From a virus, in IMG/VR virus record IMGVR_UViG_3300020406_000804, positions 26,462 to 90,461 of that record: 64,000 nucleotides of DNA; one strand, given 5' to 3'. The stretch's first letter is position 1; every line of letters begins with the position of its first letter. Shown one piece after another: positions 11,201 to 21,400 of the stretch. The translations under genes and the position numbers were made by a program. A model generated the notes under the pieces. It searched no databases, was not told the DNA's origin, and saw nothing but the letters and a program-made list of their open reading frames with translations.

Positions 11201-14200
11201 ATTTTCTCCATTTAATAGAAGTTTCGGGACTCCTGGGCCTATGCCCTCAGCAATGAAAAAGATCGCACTTGCAGTTTTTATTAGAGCCTGTATGTTAGAT
11301 TTTATATTAAAATCAGGAATGGCCATATCTGTTTGGTCTTTGACCCCAGTCGTACAGTCACCAATTATATTCAAGTATTTGATGAATCACGTTTTGGTTG
11401 AGCTAAATAGGAATAGGTTATTTAAAAATATTTGGGGACAAATTATACAAGAAATAGTACGCTCAAATAACCGAAATCAATCTTTAGAATCTTATCTGCA
11501 GAAAGAGCTTTTATCTTTTCCTGATCTTGTTAGGCAAGTGTTTCTTCCTGGACTAGGAGATAGAGACTACTACAACTGGCACGTCCATGGCATGACGGTC
11601 TCTCGACCTAAAAATAGAACTAATAATGCTACAAGATATAAATCTGCTCTTAATCTATGGGAGAACAGGGAAGGCGTCTTTAAGAGATTCCCAGTACCAT
11701 CAAAGGTCTATAGAAACACTGAACAAGTTCCAGAGATAGGAGGCAAAGCCTATGATGTTGGTTATTGGATGATGGAACCTTATAAAGAATCGGATGATAA
11801 TTTTTCAAAACTCTCACTAAATGCTACAAAGCTTCAAGATGGATCCGCGCCTCAACCGGCAAGAAGAATACTAAATAACGAGTTTATATACGAAGACTAC
11901 GTTAGGGTGTCTGGGCCGATCACGAAAAAAGCAAATACTGATGCCGTTAGTCCAATGATGAAATATCGACCACCAGCTCTAAGGTCTGTTGCCTCAACAT
12001 ACGAAAATTTGCCTGTGCTCAACTTTGATGATCCGACCGTTTTTGAGCCGTGGCACTATAGACATACGGAAGACCAAGGTATGAATTTTAGTGATGAGTT
12101 CGACGCCCCAACAGGTAATTTATTAGAGTCTTATTTTAGAAATCAGCCGGCAGACTCTACTTGGGACGAGGAAAAAAAGCAAAGATTATATGCTGTCATC
12201 CGGCCAAGTTATTATTATTATGATTTTGCTTTGTCGATTACGGCATATCTTGATTGTTACAGAAATTATATAAGTATTAATAGAGATAATCCAAATCGCC
12301 AACCTTTTTCTCAAAATTTGGAAATTGACGCGTTATTGAATTTTATTAATGGACAAGGAATAAATTTTCACGGAGTTAATACAGCCGAAAGTTTTGGATT
12401 TAATCAAATAGATCCAAACAATATAAATTATAGAGAGCTTCAAGCCATGCTTGGCGCAGGAATATTAATATACGGCCAACGTGTTCAAATTTATTGCGAT
12501 TTATTGGGTATTGATCTTTCGACCAAACTGCCTACTGCAGGCTCGTCTCAATATGGATTTAATTATGAAAATTTATCAAGCGAGGTTAAGCAAGCTGTAC
12601 TAGAACGTGCACGACCATTTTTAAATAAAAAATACGGCAATGAAGATTCCATAATATTTACAAATCCAACGTTTAATTCAATGATATCGTTCTCTGAGCC
12701 CGCCACCATTTACCCATGGTATGACGAGCGCTCCGGCCCCCGAGCAGCGAATTCGCACGTCGACAGTTCACTGACTACTTTTAATCTGCCATTCAACATC
12801 GAACGCCGCGCTAAGATGAGCCCATGGGATCCTGATCAAGATTATTCGGATGCCATCTCGGCATTCGCCGGCCTAAACTTGGGTGTTGAATCTATGACCG
12901 ATGAAGGTGGCTTTGTGATACCATTAAAAGTGTTCGATGAACATATGAGTTCCCTAAGAATGCACTATCAGAATAAAGACTCTTTATCTACATTCAATAA
13001 CCTAGTTGCAAGTTCAAATTTTTATTTAGGGATAAGATTAGTTCAGTTATTCTTTGACACAAATCCGAATAGTTTTTTTGATGTCTTTTTGGGTTCAAAT
13101 AACCTCAATAAGGTTGAAACATTATCTAAGGCTGAAAGAACATATTTTGTAACTTTTGAGGATGCTAGTCAGAACTATGCGCAATTCGGCCTTGCAATTC
13201 CAATTGTTTCATACGAAAAGCCACTGACACTTGATACCTGTGAGAGCGCTTTTGTGGGATCTCTTTATAGGCCCGGATCAGAAGATTTTGCCTTTATGAT
13301 GAGACAAATGGAAATAGAATTATCACAAACGCAAGAATATAAAGATTTTATGGACACTTTTTTCCCAATTAGAAGATTCATGGCTATAGCGACAGTCCAC
13401 TCGACATCGGCAATTGCAGGATTTAACGACCTTCCAGGTTTATTTGATAATGTAAAATCTTTAGCGTCTTTTATTGCTATGACAGCGATGACTCCAGAGT
13501 CAGATCGTCTAGGAGATGGCACACTTATGACTGGAATTATTGATCAGGTAGACTTTCAAAAGAAGCTGGGAGATGAGTTTCCTGGTGATCCTAATGATCC
13601 AAAGTGTTTTGAATTTCCAAATCTTACTAAAGATTTTTGGGATAACTTTTTCAAAGAGTTGGCAAATTTAGCAAAGTATTTTCCGTCTATATTGTTTAGA
13701 GGTTTAGCCAATAATTTAGACCCTGCCTACAAAGAAATGAGAGCACATTATTTAAATTGCGATATAAATCAACTAAACTGGAGAGGCTTAGGAGTTTCAA
13801 GTCCCCCAACTAGGCTAATTAACGGCTTAAACTTAGCCGGCGGTGATCACAGAACCAGATCTGGTAAGTATAACTCAATACTTTCGCAGCTTCCAATCGA
13901 CTTGTTTAAATCCTTGCTACCATTTCCTAGTCCTTTTTTACTTTCGTGTACAGTTTCTAAAACAATTTCTTATGCTTTTACCGGCTTTTTGCCTTTTATT
14001 GATTTATCCATGTACTTTAAGATACCTTGTCTTGATAGGGACATAAACTGGCTTACAAATGCAAAATATGATTTTGGAGCAAGAGGTAGATATGGGCACC
14101 CCGTAAGTCCTTTAACCGCGTTTGCACTATCAACATTACAACTTCCAGCCGACATAAACAAGAGAAATGTTAATTGCGAACCAGCAGAATCAATTTTATC

Positions 14201-14234
14201 CACAGAAAATGAATGTGAAGATATTGAAGAGTAG
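5262..14234 (+). CDS. giant (2990 aa) putative virion/baseplate protein with an N-terminal peptidoglycan-binding-like motif
   Basis: Uninterrupted 9 kb ORF between the spike-like and gp25-like genes. The N-terminal GRDILAIKIALG...FDVPLQQALGNFQ...GYLGEATL pattern resembles a PGBD. Confidence 0.6.
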   Translation: MSYKLSIDFQSNGSINFGPRTPGEIGRDILAIKIALGVILPYDQQGNVVQNFNQNSPLALDNQRWFDCSNGEGTDLLKASTFDVPLQQALGNFQMNNRYLITMYLFEKYGIPDILANGGENFELSKEFDIYNKLVEKNYYKLSSLFDLEFGYLGEATLAVMHGWNPGTQVGIKSYFHSPEVYASSPQAVTLIPKVMYTDLNQGILGPPLEELISSGTITNATLSLNKELFQEYIKTSSDFNNWVRVDDISDLDEGMVRFLYPFEYAVITHPIITEPVAGSNLYQGASTAISSGDIEASAEHVIPGQIRSENVRRFYEPDPFSNPSPFTIDDDRVGYFYETNFFLNPDGRLPSTEEDVIKAIEEEALGQVLSFYRKPKIWNFLLADGPERRALKRVYFPFSQIPAPQHNGSYPNDSNSFSDSRINAVSQISYLKERISLDESEINRMEDVKEPRENYAYPPVSSYDEVNWRAIINSRIRQRKASIAEYEQKISDFLNNRDFNFHVLTTEPILAQLDENQASSWRSIEDGSSAPLIEFKEYRTPSLRPGQAYRAYLVLNRQKLDLIKYGQSQILGDTNAYSSPSTRTQEIPEVCYDHSTDQSLRTYEEYKTYAQKRRREIARELKAEFQRRSVNSDSGGRKVEIDLGSGIGPFDTRGAFSGLAGFNNVESEREYTRKILSGLFEGTSEVFDRLGITDSDVKNFQDVIDTQNFFGGSNAKKNKENAEFNKLFISLEKLEQRIDLVEKDLRKAGEIIAREGIEFEAGSNFDANNEGQQLKRFYTQIKEFITDSINADSALAESWADTGLGASGGYVSETDKVFVQFNFSNVLSQGPAPLGPNNGKAIVAVKIGVDKAGSFEGIFTTDVEMIPNNLNNITRIDRYEALSRPRTVNYIAQIVNMTSPFSGGSYGTSPGAVTKNILTSFLQDTLNICKDLGFDAEKHSAISLVGTFTSGLKIKHSDEEAVFEIFKEWGYTNFTKPATAWAMATRKNAEDSLKDTFDEDKALRAFGKLCTIEQIYEEFLDAIDLPTLLCNYLECIKLPGFSLKLPSLYLPPLPRIPILGWYGALVNFLIDEVVQILTRILCSFVRTIIDKLAFPFCEEQLNDFIAAGSSTGIPLMSQALAEALTNTGITGVRNPGEDNGVQAENTKNFFEDVAQIVTGPELCYLLEGNPLDDAGMEMVRRLAEKNNLGDQLVSNESMANFFGVLGAYVPLELCNQLSAVQQPLGAVCEDIADELRSIRNRMQTGDRSLSEEEVEKVLDIAKKNLEDQKKSLQALSGSDLNSLLPASLNPTEENIINTNLPLQMRKQLKMGVEGIFTPTKLAYMRSLSSFVPGMSTIQPSILRPGDPDFDDISALRLESALEQLNNFASAVERSKISKMFETSNINEAIGKYLPARNPLMAPPKFGPRQIVELFKVFETERVPIRGGATDSSGKNYHLVFKKYSPSVVQGIFDQSFGDGRNAPLVMTTAHARHREVSHQKFMEIMSPDPIKDNSENANQALLVGIPEGVSESQNSYGHSLFYHATGQVAEVHKIFMNKPLRLINRIPHGPQVRIDGWSAEEALPSDSLNRASPAPPRDALRVSAVARMMPDIIMWDYEENTFPVLSEDSFYFDDFDAVNDQALSTDLLTQTQGIVDKLLLDSAGLGLITLPIGPKQSSNNPRQRDYSYEAVEERFNQFLEGNQKLLEIARERIQHLSGVISEQIEKLPTVNLEQYLPLIDNVFQKITNLDSRLIGDINYSNVKTNSNSPSANWKKMEPLDYLNINFRAGTYTPSVKMVEIASDQKNLDTYNIVIDQDFFLRQPSKTNDPYRGDSEISNESAFSLNGPDTDTRKIFRFCETLPNRLVSKNVPNSPGIIGGKQFSKREAYAQWMISNIVDVQNFSCVFTTGAREYLKTYAFKSATEHTMREVIKNIQHSSFFNRDYATGLHDRLSAKSYTIPGTRCRKNRYGLTENSVMTFQKVLLKDSVSMIENEMRKPKFSPFNRSFGTPGPMPSAMKKIALAVFIRACMLDFILKSGMAISVWSLTPVVQSPIIFKYLMNHVLVELNRNRLFKNIWGQIIQEIVRSNNRNQSLESYLQKELLSFPDLVRQVFLPGLGDRDYYNWHVHGMTVSRPKNRTNNATRYKSALNLWENREGVFKRFPVPSKVYRNTEQVPEIGGKAYDVGYWMMEPYKESDDNFSKLSLNATKLQDGSAPQPARRILNNEFIYEDYVRVSGPITKKANTDAVSPMMKYRPPALRSVASTYENLPVLNFDDPTVFEPWHYRHTEDQGMNFSDEFDAPTGNLLESYFRNQPADSTWDEEKKQRLYAVIRPSYYYYDFALSITAYLDCYRNYISINRDNPNRQPFSQNLEIDALLNFINGQGINFHGVNTAESFGFNQIDPNNINYRELQAMLGAGILIYGQRVQIYCDLLGIDLSTKLPTAGSSQYGFNYENLSSEVKQAVLERARPFLNKKYGNEDSIIFTNPTFNSMISFSEPATIYPWYDERSGPRAANSHVDSSLTTFNLPFNIERRAKMSPWDPDQDYSDAISAFAGLNLGVESMTDEGGFVIPLKVFDEHMSSLRMHYQNKDSLSTFNNLVASSNFYLGIRLVQLFFDTNPNSFFDVFLGSNNLNKVETLSKAERTYFVTFEDASQNYAQFGLAIPIVSYEKPLTLDTCESAFVGSLYRPGSEDFAFMMRQMEIELSQTQEYKDFMDTFFPIRRFMAIATVHSTSAIAGFNDLPGLFDNVKSLASFIAMTAMTPESDRLGDGTLMTGIIDQVDFQKKLGDEFPGDPNDPKCFEFPNLTKDFWDNFFKELANLAKYFPSILFRGLANNLDPAYKEMRAHYLNCDINQLNWRGLGVSSPPTRLINGLNLAGGDHRTRSGKYNSILSQLPIDLFKSLLPFPSPFLLSCTVSKTISYAFTGFLPFIDLSMYFKIPCLDRDINWLTNAKYDFGARGRYGHPVSPLTAFALSTLQLPADINKRNVNCEPAESILSTENECEDIEE

Positions 14235-14235
14235 T

Positions 14236-14243
14236 CTATTTAA
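14236..14243 (+). promoter_or_regulatory. candidate phage late promoter (CTATTTAA)
   Basis: Recurring motif in a short intergenic gap, followed by a GAGGTGAGG SD and the gp25-like gene. Confidence 0.5.
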
Positions 14244-14261
14244 TAGAGGTGAGGTAAAGTT

Positions 14262-14786
14262 ATGTCATATATAAATATTTTATCAAAAATTTCAAATAGT
14301 GTAACCACCCGGTCTCGGCCCATGCAGCCAAAGTATCCACTAAAGCAGGATTCAAGGTTTGGCTTTTACGGTGCAATAACCAGCACCGAAGAGTCCTTAA
14401 ATCAAGACTTTAAATTTTTGCTATTAACTGAGCCTGGATCTTGGCCAATGAATCCTGACTTGGGGATTGGTTTAAAAAAATATTTATTTGAAAACTACTC
14501 ATCAGAATCTTTATCAAATATAGGGTCAATAATACAAAATCAACTGACAGCTTTTTTGCCAAGAGTGAGATTGATCTCAGCTGAATTTAACGCGTCATCG
14601 GAGCAGAAAGAGCAAAATTCTCTCATTTTGAAGATAAGGTACTTAATTTCGGGAACTACGGAAGTAAATTCAGAGATACAATTAGATGAGAATGGCTATT
14701 TAAATATAGGAAAAGAAAGATTTAACAAAGTTTCTTCTAATTTTGGTGAATCGCTTGGGCTACAAAGTAAAGAAACCCGAATATAG
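14262..14786 (+). CDS. baseplate wedge subunit, gp25/GPW-like
   Basis: LNQDFKFLLLTEPGSWPMNPDLGIGLKKYLFE matches the gp25 LLTxxGERxxxPxFG pattern; lies directly before the gp6-like gene. Confidence 0.85.
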   Translation: MSYINILSKISNSVTTRSRPMQPKYPLKQDSRFGFYGAITSTEESLNQDFKFLLLTEPGSWPMNPDLGIGLKKYLFENYSSESLSNIGSIIQNQLTAFLPRVRLISAEFNASSEQKEQNSLILKIRYLISGTTEVNSEIQLDENGYLNIGKERFNKVSSNFGESLGLQSKETRI

Positions 14787-14797
14787 GATTTTAAAAA

Positions 14798-16600
14798 ATG
14801 AGTAATAAAAAAAGAGGAATTTCAAATACTAATTTTACTGAATCAACTTTTGATGAAATAAAAGAAAAATTAGTTAATCGAGCAAAAAATTATTATCCCG
14901 ATACATATCAAGACTTTAATAAGACTAGTTTTGGTTCCTTAATGATGGACACTGTAGCGATGATAGGGGAGCAACTTAATTTTTATAGTCAATTTGTCGC
15001 AAATGAAAATTTTTTAGAAACATCTAGGACAGCACAAGGAATTACCTCAGCTGCTAGAAATAACGGAATAGAAATATTTAATAAATACACAAGCGTTGGA
15101 CACTTAAAAGTGTTTTCAAGAATACCAGCAAAAAGTATACTTTCTGCACCAGATGAATCTTATAGGCACACTATTTTAAAAGGGATGATAGTGACAAGTG
15201 ACTCTGGTGCTCAATATACTACAACTGAAGATGTTATAATCGACGTTTCCTCCCGAAATCATATGGGAACAGAATTTTCAGACGATGGAAGCAGAGTAAC
15301 TTATTATGTCTACGAAACAGAGGTTCCAGTTGTTTCCGGTGAAAATAGAACTATAACTGTTGATGTTGGTTCATATCAGAAGTTTTTAAAAATAGAAATA
15401 AAAGATACCACAATCACTGAAATAATTAGTGTTGTAGATAGTAATCAAAATGAATATTTTGAAGTACAAAATCTTAGCCAAGACACAATATATAGAGAAA
15501 TTTCAGATAGAGTCACTAACAATCCTAATACAGTGTCAAGAATGGTTCCAGTTCATGCCCCCAGGAGATTTACCGTTCAGCATGTTGGTGAAAAAACATT
15601 TTTGGTTTTTGGTTTCGGATCAGAAAATAATTTAAAAGTTAAACCTATAGCAGATCCTTCAAATTTGGCTATCCAAGTTGATGGAAGGGAATACGTTAGC
15701 GATAATACATTTGACCCTTCAAAGATTACGAGTACTGATAAGTTTGGAATATCCCCAATAAACACAACGCTTACGATAACATATAGATCTAGCACAGCAG
15801 AGAATTCAAATGCATCCGCGCGCTCTTTAACAAATATAATATCTTCAGAATTTTTATTTAATGAGGAGGTTGGACTGGATTCCTCCGTTGTACAATACAT
15901 AAAAAATTCTTTAACCTGCGAGAATCAAGAGCCAATTAATGGTTCACTGACATTTTCTTCAACGCAAGAAGTTGTAGAAACAATAAAGGCTGCCCGCGGC
16001 TTTCGGGGCAGAGCTGTTACAATAGAAGATTATGTTGCTGCATGTTATGCTATGCCTTCAAAGTTCGGCTCCATAAAGAGAGCAGCAATATACAGAGACA
16101 AAAATGATTTTAAAAGAAATTTGAACCTTTATATTGTCTCTCAAGATAGTGCCGGCTTTCTTCAGACTCCAAGCACTGCATTAAAAAATAATTTAAAAAA
16201 ATGGCTAAATAGTGTCCGTATGGTTACCGATACTATTGATGTGTTTAGTGCAAAAATATTAAATTTAGGAATCTTTTTTGATGTTACCTTAGGCCAAAAA
16301 GCCGATCAGCTAACGATTCTTTCTCAAATTAGAAAAGAAGTTTACGAAGAATTGAATTTAAGCGCACCACAGATTGGTCAACATTTTTCAATTGGAGAAA
16401 TTGAAAGGGCCTTAACATCTATTTCTTCTATAGACAGGGTGAACTCCATTTCAATTGTCAACAGATCGGGCGCAGATTATTCAAGCATTCAATATGATAT
16501 TACATCTAATTTATCACCAGACGGCGGCATGCTTTATCTTCCAGAAAACTTTATTTATGAAATAAAAAAGGAAACTGATATTACGGGGATTATTCAATAA
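14798..16600 (+). CDS. baseplate wedge protein, T4 gp6/baseplate J-like
   Basis: FDEIKEKL...YPDTYQDF...GSLMMD...LNFY...NENFLETS at the N-terminus, FGFG, and RAVTIEDY. Confidence 0.88.
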   Translation: MSNKKRGISNTNFTESTFDEIKEKLVNRAKNYYPDTYQDFNKTSFGSLMMDTVAMIGEQLNFYSQFVANENFLETSRTAQGITSAARNNGIEIFNKYTSVGHLKVFSRIPAKSILSAPDESYRHTILKGMIVTSDSGAQYTTTEDVIIDVSSRNHMGTEFSDDGSRVTYYVYETEVPVVSGENRTITVDVGSYQKFLKIEIKDTTITEIISVVDSNQNEYFEVQNLSQDTIYREISDRVTNNPNTVSRMVPVHAPRRFTVQHVGEKTFLVFGFGSENNLKVKPIADPSNLAIQVDGREYVSDNTFDPSKITSTDKFGISPINTTLTITYRSSTAENSNASARSLTNIISSEFLFNEEVGLDSSVVQYIKNSLTCENQEPINGSLTFSSTQEVVETIKAARGFRGRAVTIEDYVAACYAMPSKFGSIKRAAIYRDKNDFKRNLNLYIVSQDSAGFLQTPSTALKNNLKKWLNSVRMVTDTIDVFSAKILNLGIFFDVTLGQKADQLTILSQIRKEVYEELNLSAPQIGQHFSIGEIERALTSISSIDRVNSISIVNRSGADYSSIQYDITSNLSPDGGMLYLPENFIYEIKKETDITGIIQ

Positions 16601-18426
16601 TGGCTATTGTAAAATTTTTTGCTTCGAAAGACAATACCATAACAAATGCATTTCTACCAGGCTTGAGAAGACGCGCTACAAGTTCAAACCAGGGGGCATC
16701 TGATATTATAGAGTTGCATTCTATCTATGGACAGTCAACCACTTCTTCCGTTGAGAAAACTAGGTTTTTGATACATTTCCCCACCAGTGACGTTCTTCAG
16801 TCTAGAACTGCTAATAATATTCCAGCATCTGGTTCTGTAGAATTTTTCTTGAGATTATTTAATGCTCGTCACAATACAACAACCCCAGAAGATTTTTCAG
16901 TATCAGTGACCCCATTACTGCAACCCTGGACAGAAGGCATTGGTTTGGATATGGAGACTTATTCTGACCTAGGTGCTTCAAACTGGCTTTCGTGCAGTAA
17001 AAATCTACCTTGGTCACACGAGGGTGGCACAGATTCTGAGTCTGTAAGGCCTAATCTGACTTCTGGATTGAAAGTTCACTCTTACTCACAATCATTAGCT
17101 TCCGGTCTAGAAGATTTAGAAATAGACCTTTCAGAATTAACTGAATTATGGCTAGAGCACGAATCAGGCGCTTCTATAGCTTCAACTAGTAGCCTAACGC
17201 TAACAGGCGTACCTAGCAACGAAGAAAAATTCAAACTACTCAGCACCAGCGGAGAATCGTTGGAGATTATATTTTCAACATCCTCCGCCACCACAGGGAG
17301 TACATCTTATGTTGAGAGGGCCGCTGGAAATATAACTAGCACAAGAAACAATCTTGTCACATCAATAAACAACTCCAGCTTGTTTTCGGCCGAGGCAGTG
17401 TCGACTAATGCCTTGAAAGTGACCCAAGCGGTAAAAGGGCATTATGGAAACACTAAAATTTCTTCTAGTGCCGGCATTCCAATTACAATTGTTGATTTCA
17501 ACGCTGGTTCGGGAATAGTCAACAACGGTGTTCTAGTAAAGCTTAGCGGATCCGCAGAGTCTGGAGATACACAGGTATCTTATTATACAAAAAAGTTTTT
17601 TGCAAGAAACAGCCAGTTCTTCTTTAAAAAGCCAGTTATAGAAGCAAGGTCTGCTTTATTAGTAAATGATGACCGCGGCGCCGTATTCAGATCCAGTTCT
17701 GTTGCACCGGCTGCTGATAATTTAAACAAAATCTATTTATATAACAACATCAACGGGGTCTATAGAGACCTGCCAACTACTGGCTCTGCTCTTTTGGTTA
17801 GATTCGTTCCAGATATAGCGCAAACACCAGTTTCCATGTCTGGAGGGTCGTTGGACGCATCAAAAACTTTTGTGACAGCTAGCAGGCATTCTACGGGAAT
17901 TTATGAAGTGGAGTTTGCATACAATGGGGCCGAAAATAAATTGAGAGATGTATGGCAGTATCAAAACTCAGGACAATACATTGAGCTTGTAACAGGATCA
18001 TCATTTAATATCAATAATTTTCCGTTATATAATTCTGATAGTAATTCTGAATATGTCTTCAATATAACAAATTTAAAATCAATTTACACTCAGGATGAAG
18101 ATGCAAAATTTAGAGTTCATACAAAAAAGAAAAATAGTGAATTAAACGTATACACTGTCGCAACTGGAAATTCAAAAGTTACAAATATTAAAGATGTTTT
18201 TTACAAAATAACACGAACAGCAGATGATGTAACAGTTATTAACTATTCAACCGGCAGTGGTGCAAAGTATAGTAAGTTGTCTTACGATATAAGTGGTTCG
18301 TATTTTGACTTTGATATGTCTATATTGGAGCCAAACTACCAATATGAAATATGCTTCTTGAGGCAAGAGGATACAAGATATATACAGCAAAAAGAAAAAT
18401 TTAGGTTTAGAGTAGAAAAGTATTAA
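16600..18426 (+). CDS. virion structural (baseplate/tail) protein
   Basis: Coupled to the gp6-like gene and Ser/Thr-rich. Carries the shared ~120 aa inserted module at ~17170-17510. Confidence 0.6.
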   Translation: MAIVKFFASKDNTITNAFLPGLRRRATSSNQGASDIIELHSIYGQSTTSSVEKTRFLIHFPTSDVLQSRTANNIPASGSVEFFLRLFNARHNTTTPEDFSVSVTPLLQPWTEGIGLDMETYSDLGASNWLSCSKNLPWSHEGGTDSESVRPNLTSGLKVHSYSQSLASGLEDLEIDLSELTELWLEHESGASIASTSSLTLTGVPSNEEKFKLLSTSGESLEIIFSTSSATTGSTSYVERAAGNITSTRNNLVTSINNSSLFSAEAVSTNALKVTQAVKGHYGNTKISSSAGIPITIVDFNAGSGIVNNGVLVKLSGSAESGDTQVSYYTKKFFARNSQFFFKKPVIEARSALLVNDDRGAVFRSSSVAPAADNLNKIYLYNNINGVYRDLPTTGSALLVRFVPDIAQTPVSMSGGSLDASKTFVTASRHSTGIYEVEFAYNGAENKLRDVWQYQNSGQYIELVTGSSFNINNFPLYNSDSNSEYVFNITNLKSIYTQDEDAKFRVHTKKKNSELNVYTVATGNSKVTNIKDVFYKITRTADDVTVINYSTGSGAKYSKLSYDISGSYFDFDMSILEPNYQYEICFLRQEDTRYIQQKEKFRFRVEKY

Positions 18427-18429
18427 AAA

Positions 18430-21400
18430 ATGACAGATTTTAATTTAAAAAACCCTACGGATATTAATAAAAATAAATCTTTTACGAAGAAGGATAACAT
18501 ACATCTTGTAAGCGAGAGAAACGAATTAGCATCAAAAAAGTTAGATAGTGATAAGATTTTACAAATTTACTCAGAATACGCTAACACGTTCAAGCCTCCA
18601 ATTCAGCCACTAGAGCCATCGACTTTTTCAAATTATGGAAAAGCCTCTCAATACTATGAAGATAGTATATATTCAATAATAAACTATTATCCTTTTGATG
18701 GTACCATGGAGGAAAATATTGCTTGGTTTATTTCTTCTTCGCATTTAGAGACATCCTTATTTCAGCAAGAATGGCCAACATCAGTGGGACATCTAAATTT
18801 TGATCATAGTCAATATCTTTCTTTCTACTCAGGCCCCCAAGCAATACAAGAATCAGAGTTTATTGGCCAGGCCAGAAATAATGAATCTGGATTGAAACTG
18901 GATCCCGATAAGGGAAACACAATAGAATTTTGGTTAAGAAAAGAAGCATTCGACGCGTCAAAACAAGATAGAGAAATATTGTTTGAAATTGGTTCATACC
19001 CCAATAAGCTGCCATCTTCAGCTAGTTCCACCTTGCAAGTTTATCTAACAACTTCGGCTGGAAACTGCTTTCGAATGAATTACAACTCAGGCTCTACATC
19101 TGTAAGTGACTTAGCAATAGGACCTTCCACCATGTCCTCCTCAGTTGTAGCAGATTCAAAGTGGCACCATTACGTTTTATCAATTTTTCAAAACGATAAA
19201 ATCTTAAATGTCAAAATGTACAAGGACGGCCAAGCTCTAAACACAGTAACCAACACTTTGTCAACTGCCATGGGTCCCATTGATTCTTACATGGCAGGAA
19301 CCATAGGGTCTTCGCTGTTAGCACAATCAGGCTCCCTCTCAGGATCTGTGGATTCGTTTAGATTCTGGAAGGGCTTAAGAAATTCAAGAGAAATAGAAAG
19401 ATACTATGACAAAAAAGTGCATGCGAGTGATCACACTGAAAAAGACTACACTAATCGCCTTGGAGCCAGCTTTAGGTTCAATCAGCCAACAATAGGATCA
19501 TCAACAGTAGATAGTTTGGTTCTCGATCATTCTGGCAATGACATAACAGCGCGAATAAAAAATTATACGACCTCTACCAGAGTTGCAACTTCGGCTATAG
19601 ATTTAAGTGATTCTGCTAATACCGAAATAAAAGATCCAATCTTAAAAGAAGCCCACAGTTCAGTGGAATCGTTACGACAAAGATTAGCAAAAATTGCCAA
19701 GTCTTATGATCTAGAAAATTTAAATAGTTTAGAAAGGATTTTGCCCTCCTGGGCCAGAAGCTCACTGTATGGCTTTGAGGACACTAAAGAGCTAGATCTG
19801 TTGTTGCATTTGATGGCAACTGTTTTTGATTCTGTAAAAATAAATCTTGATGCACTAAGGCTTAACACAAGACCAGAATACGCTGATTCTAGAAATCCTT
19901 TATATGAAACTTCGCAATCAAGTAATATTAGCTCCTCTTTGGAGAAGCCTGCCGATCTAGATTACGACATAGTCAATAATCAATTTTCTCAAAATAAAAT
20001 TGATTTTATGGCAAGAGTGATAGAAAATTACGGAATAGAGTTAAATAATTATTATCCCCTTTGGCACTCAGAAATAGAAGAGGTTGTGGAATCAATAGTT
20101 GGAAACATTAGATTAGAGAGAAGTATTTATGAAACACAAAATTTAATATATGATTGTTTAGCCAATGCAAGTGCTTATGTCCTCAGGAGGAAAGGGACTG
20201 AATCATCATTTAGATCAATATTGAATGCAGCAGGTCTCGGCAAGGATTTAATATCCACTAATATTATTGGTAAATATTCAAATATTTATTTGAATGACAG
20301 TAAATTTGACCTGGTCACTAGAAAGAAAAAAAGCATAAGCTTTATAGATAACGAAGAGGCGAATATTCACCTAACCTCGTTAAATTCAAATCAAAGAAGC
20401 TATATAGCTGCTGATACAAACGAGACTGAGTACACATTCGAGGGAAATTTTATTTTTCCCAAAAAAAAGAAAACATTTCACAACGTACAGGATTCAAGCG
20501 TTTTCGGAGTTCAATCAGTTTCAGCAATAAATAATAATTTAACTTTTGCAAGCCCAAATAATGCATCATTTGAAATTGTAGTATCTAAAGAATCTCTTTT
20601 ATCTAATACCGCAAAATTCAAATTAATGTCTTCTAATGTTGAGTTAGCCGGTATGACAAGTAGCTATTATAATGATATTTATGATTCTAGTGTTTGGAAC
20701 CTAGCATTAAAGATTACAAAAGATGTGGACAACAGTTTTATCCCCGTATCTTCTCCAAGCTATCTTGTTGAGTTTGTGGGAAAGAATTACATCTCAGATG
20801 AGTTAAGAAACTCCTTCCACCTAAGCAAGAGTTTAACAAATACAGAATATACAAATTTTAAAAATGCCAATAAAACAGTTTTTATTGGCGCAAACAGGAC
20901 AAACATTACCGGCTCTGTAATTATAAAATCTGATATCAAGGTGTTGGATTTTAACGGCTGGGGAACGTCACTTTCAGATGAAGAGCTATCCCATAGGGCT
21001 AAAACTTTAACAACTTTTGGCACTAATAGGCCATTTCTATTTGAAAATTTAAATAATGCCGAAAACATTCCAATATCAGATAGGTTGTATTTAAAGATGC
21101 AAACAGATAACTTAACATCGATTCCAGAAGATAATAGCTTGATAATACAGGACGAGATCTTTGGAGATCAAGAAAAAAGAGACTTTTTCTCTCATCTAGA
21201 TCCAAAAGCCGGCTTTAGTTATCCTTTTACTACATTTAATTTTACAAATAATCTTGATAATTCTATATCTTTAGAGTTTTTAAGTGCTGTTGAGAATATC
21301 CCGATAGGGAATATTCATGGTACCGATGGGATAGAAATAAAAGAAAACGACTCAAATAAATATGATTTAGATACAAAATCAGAATTAAAAATTATATCTT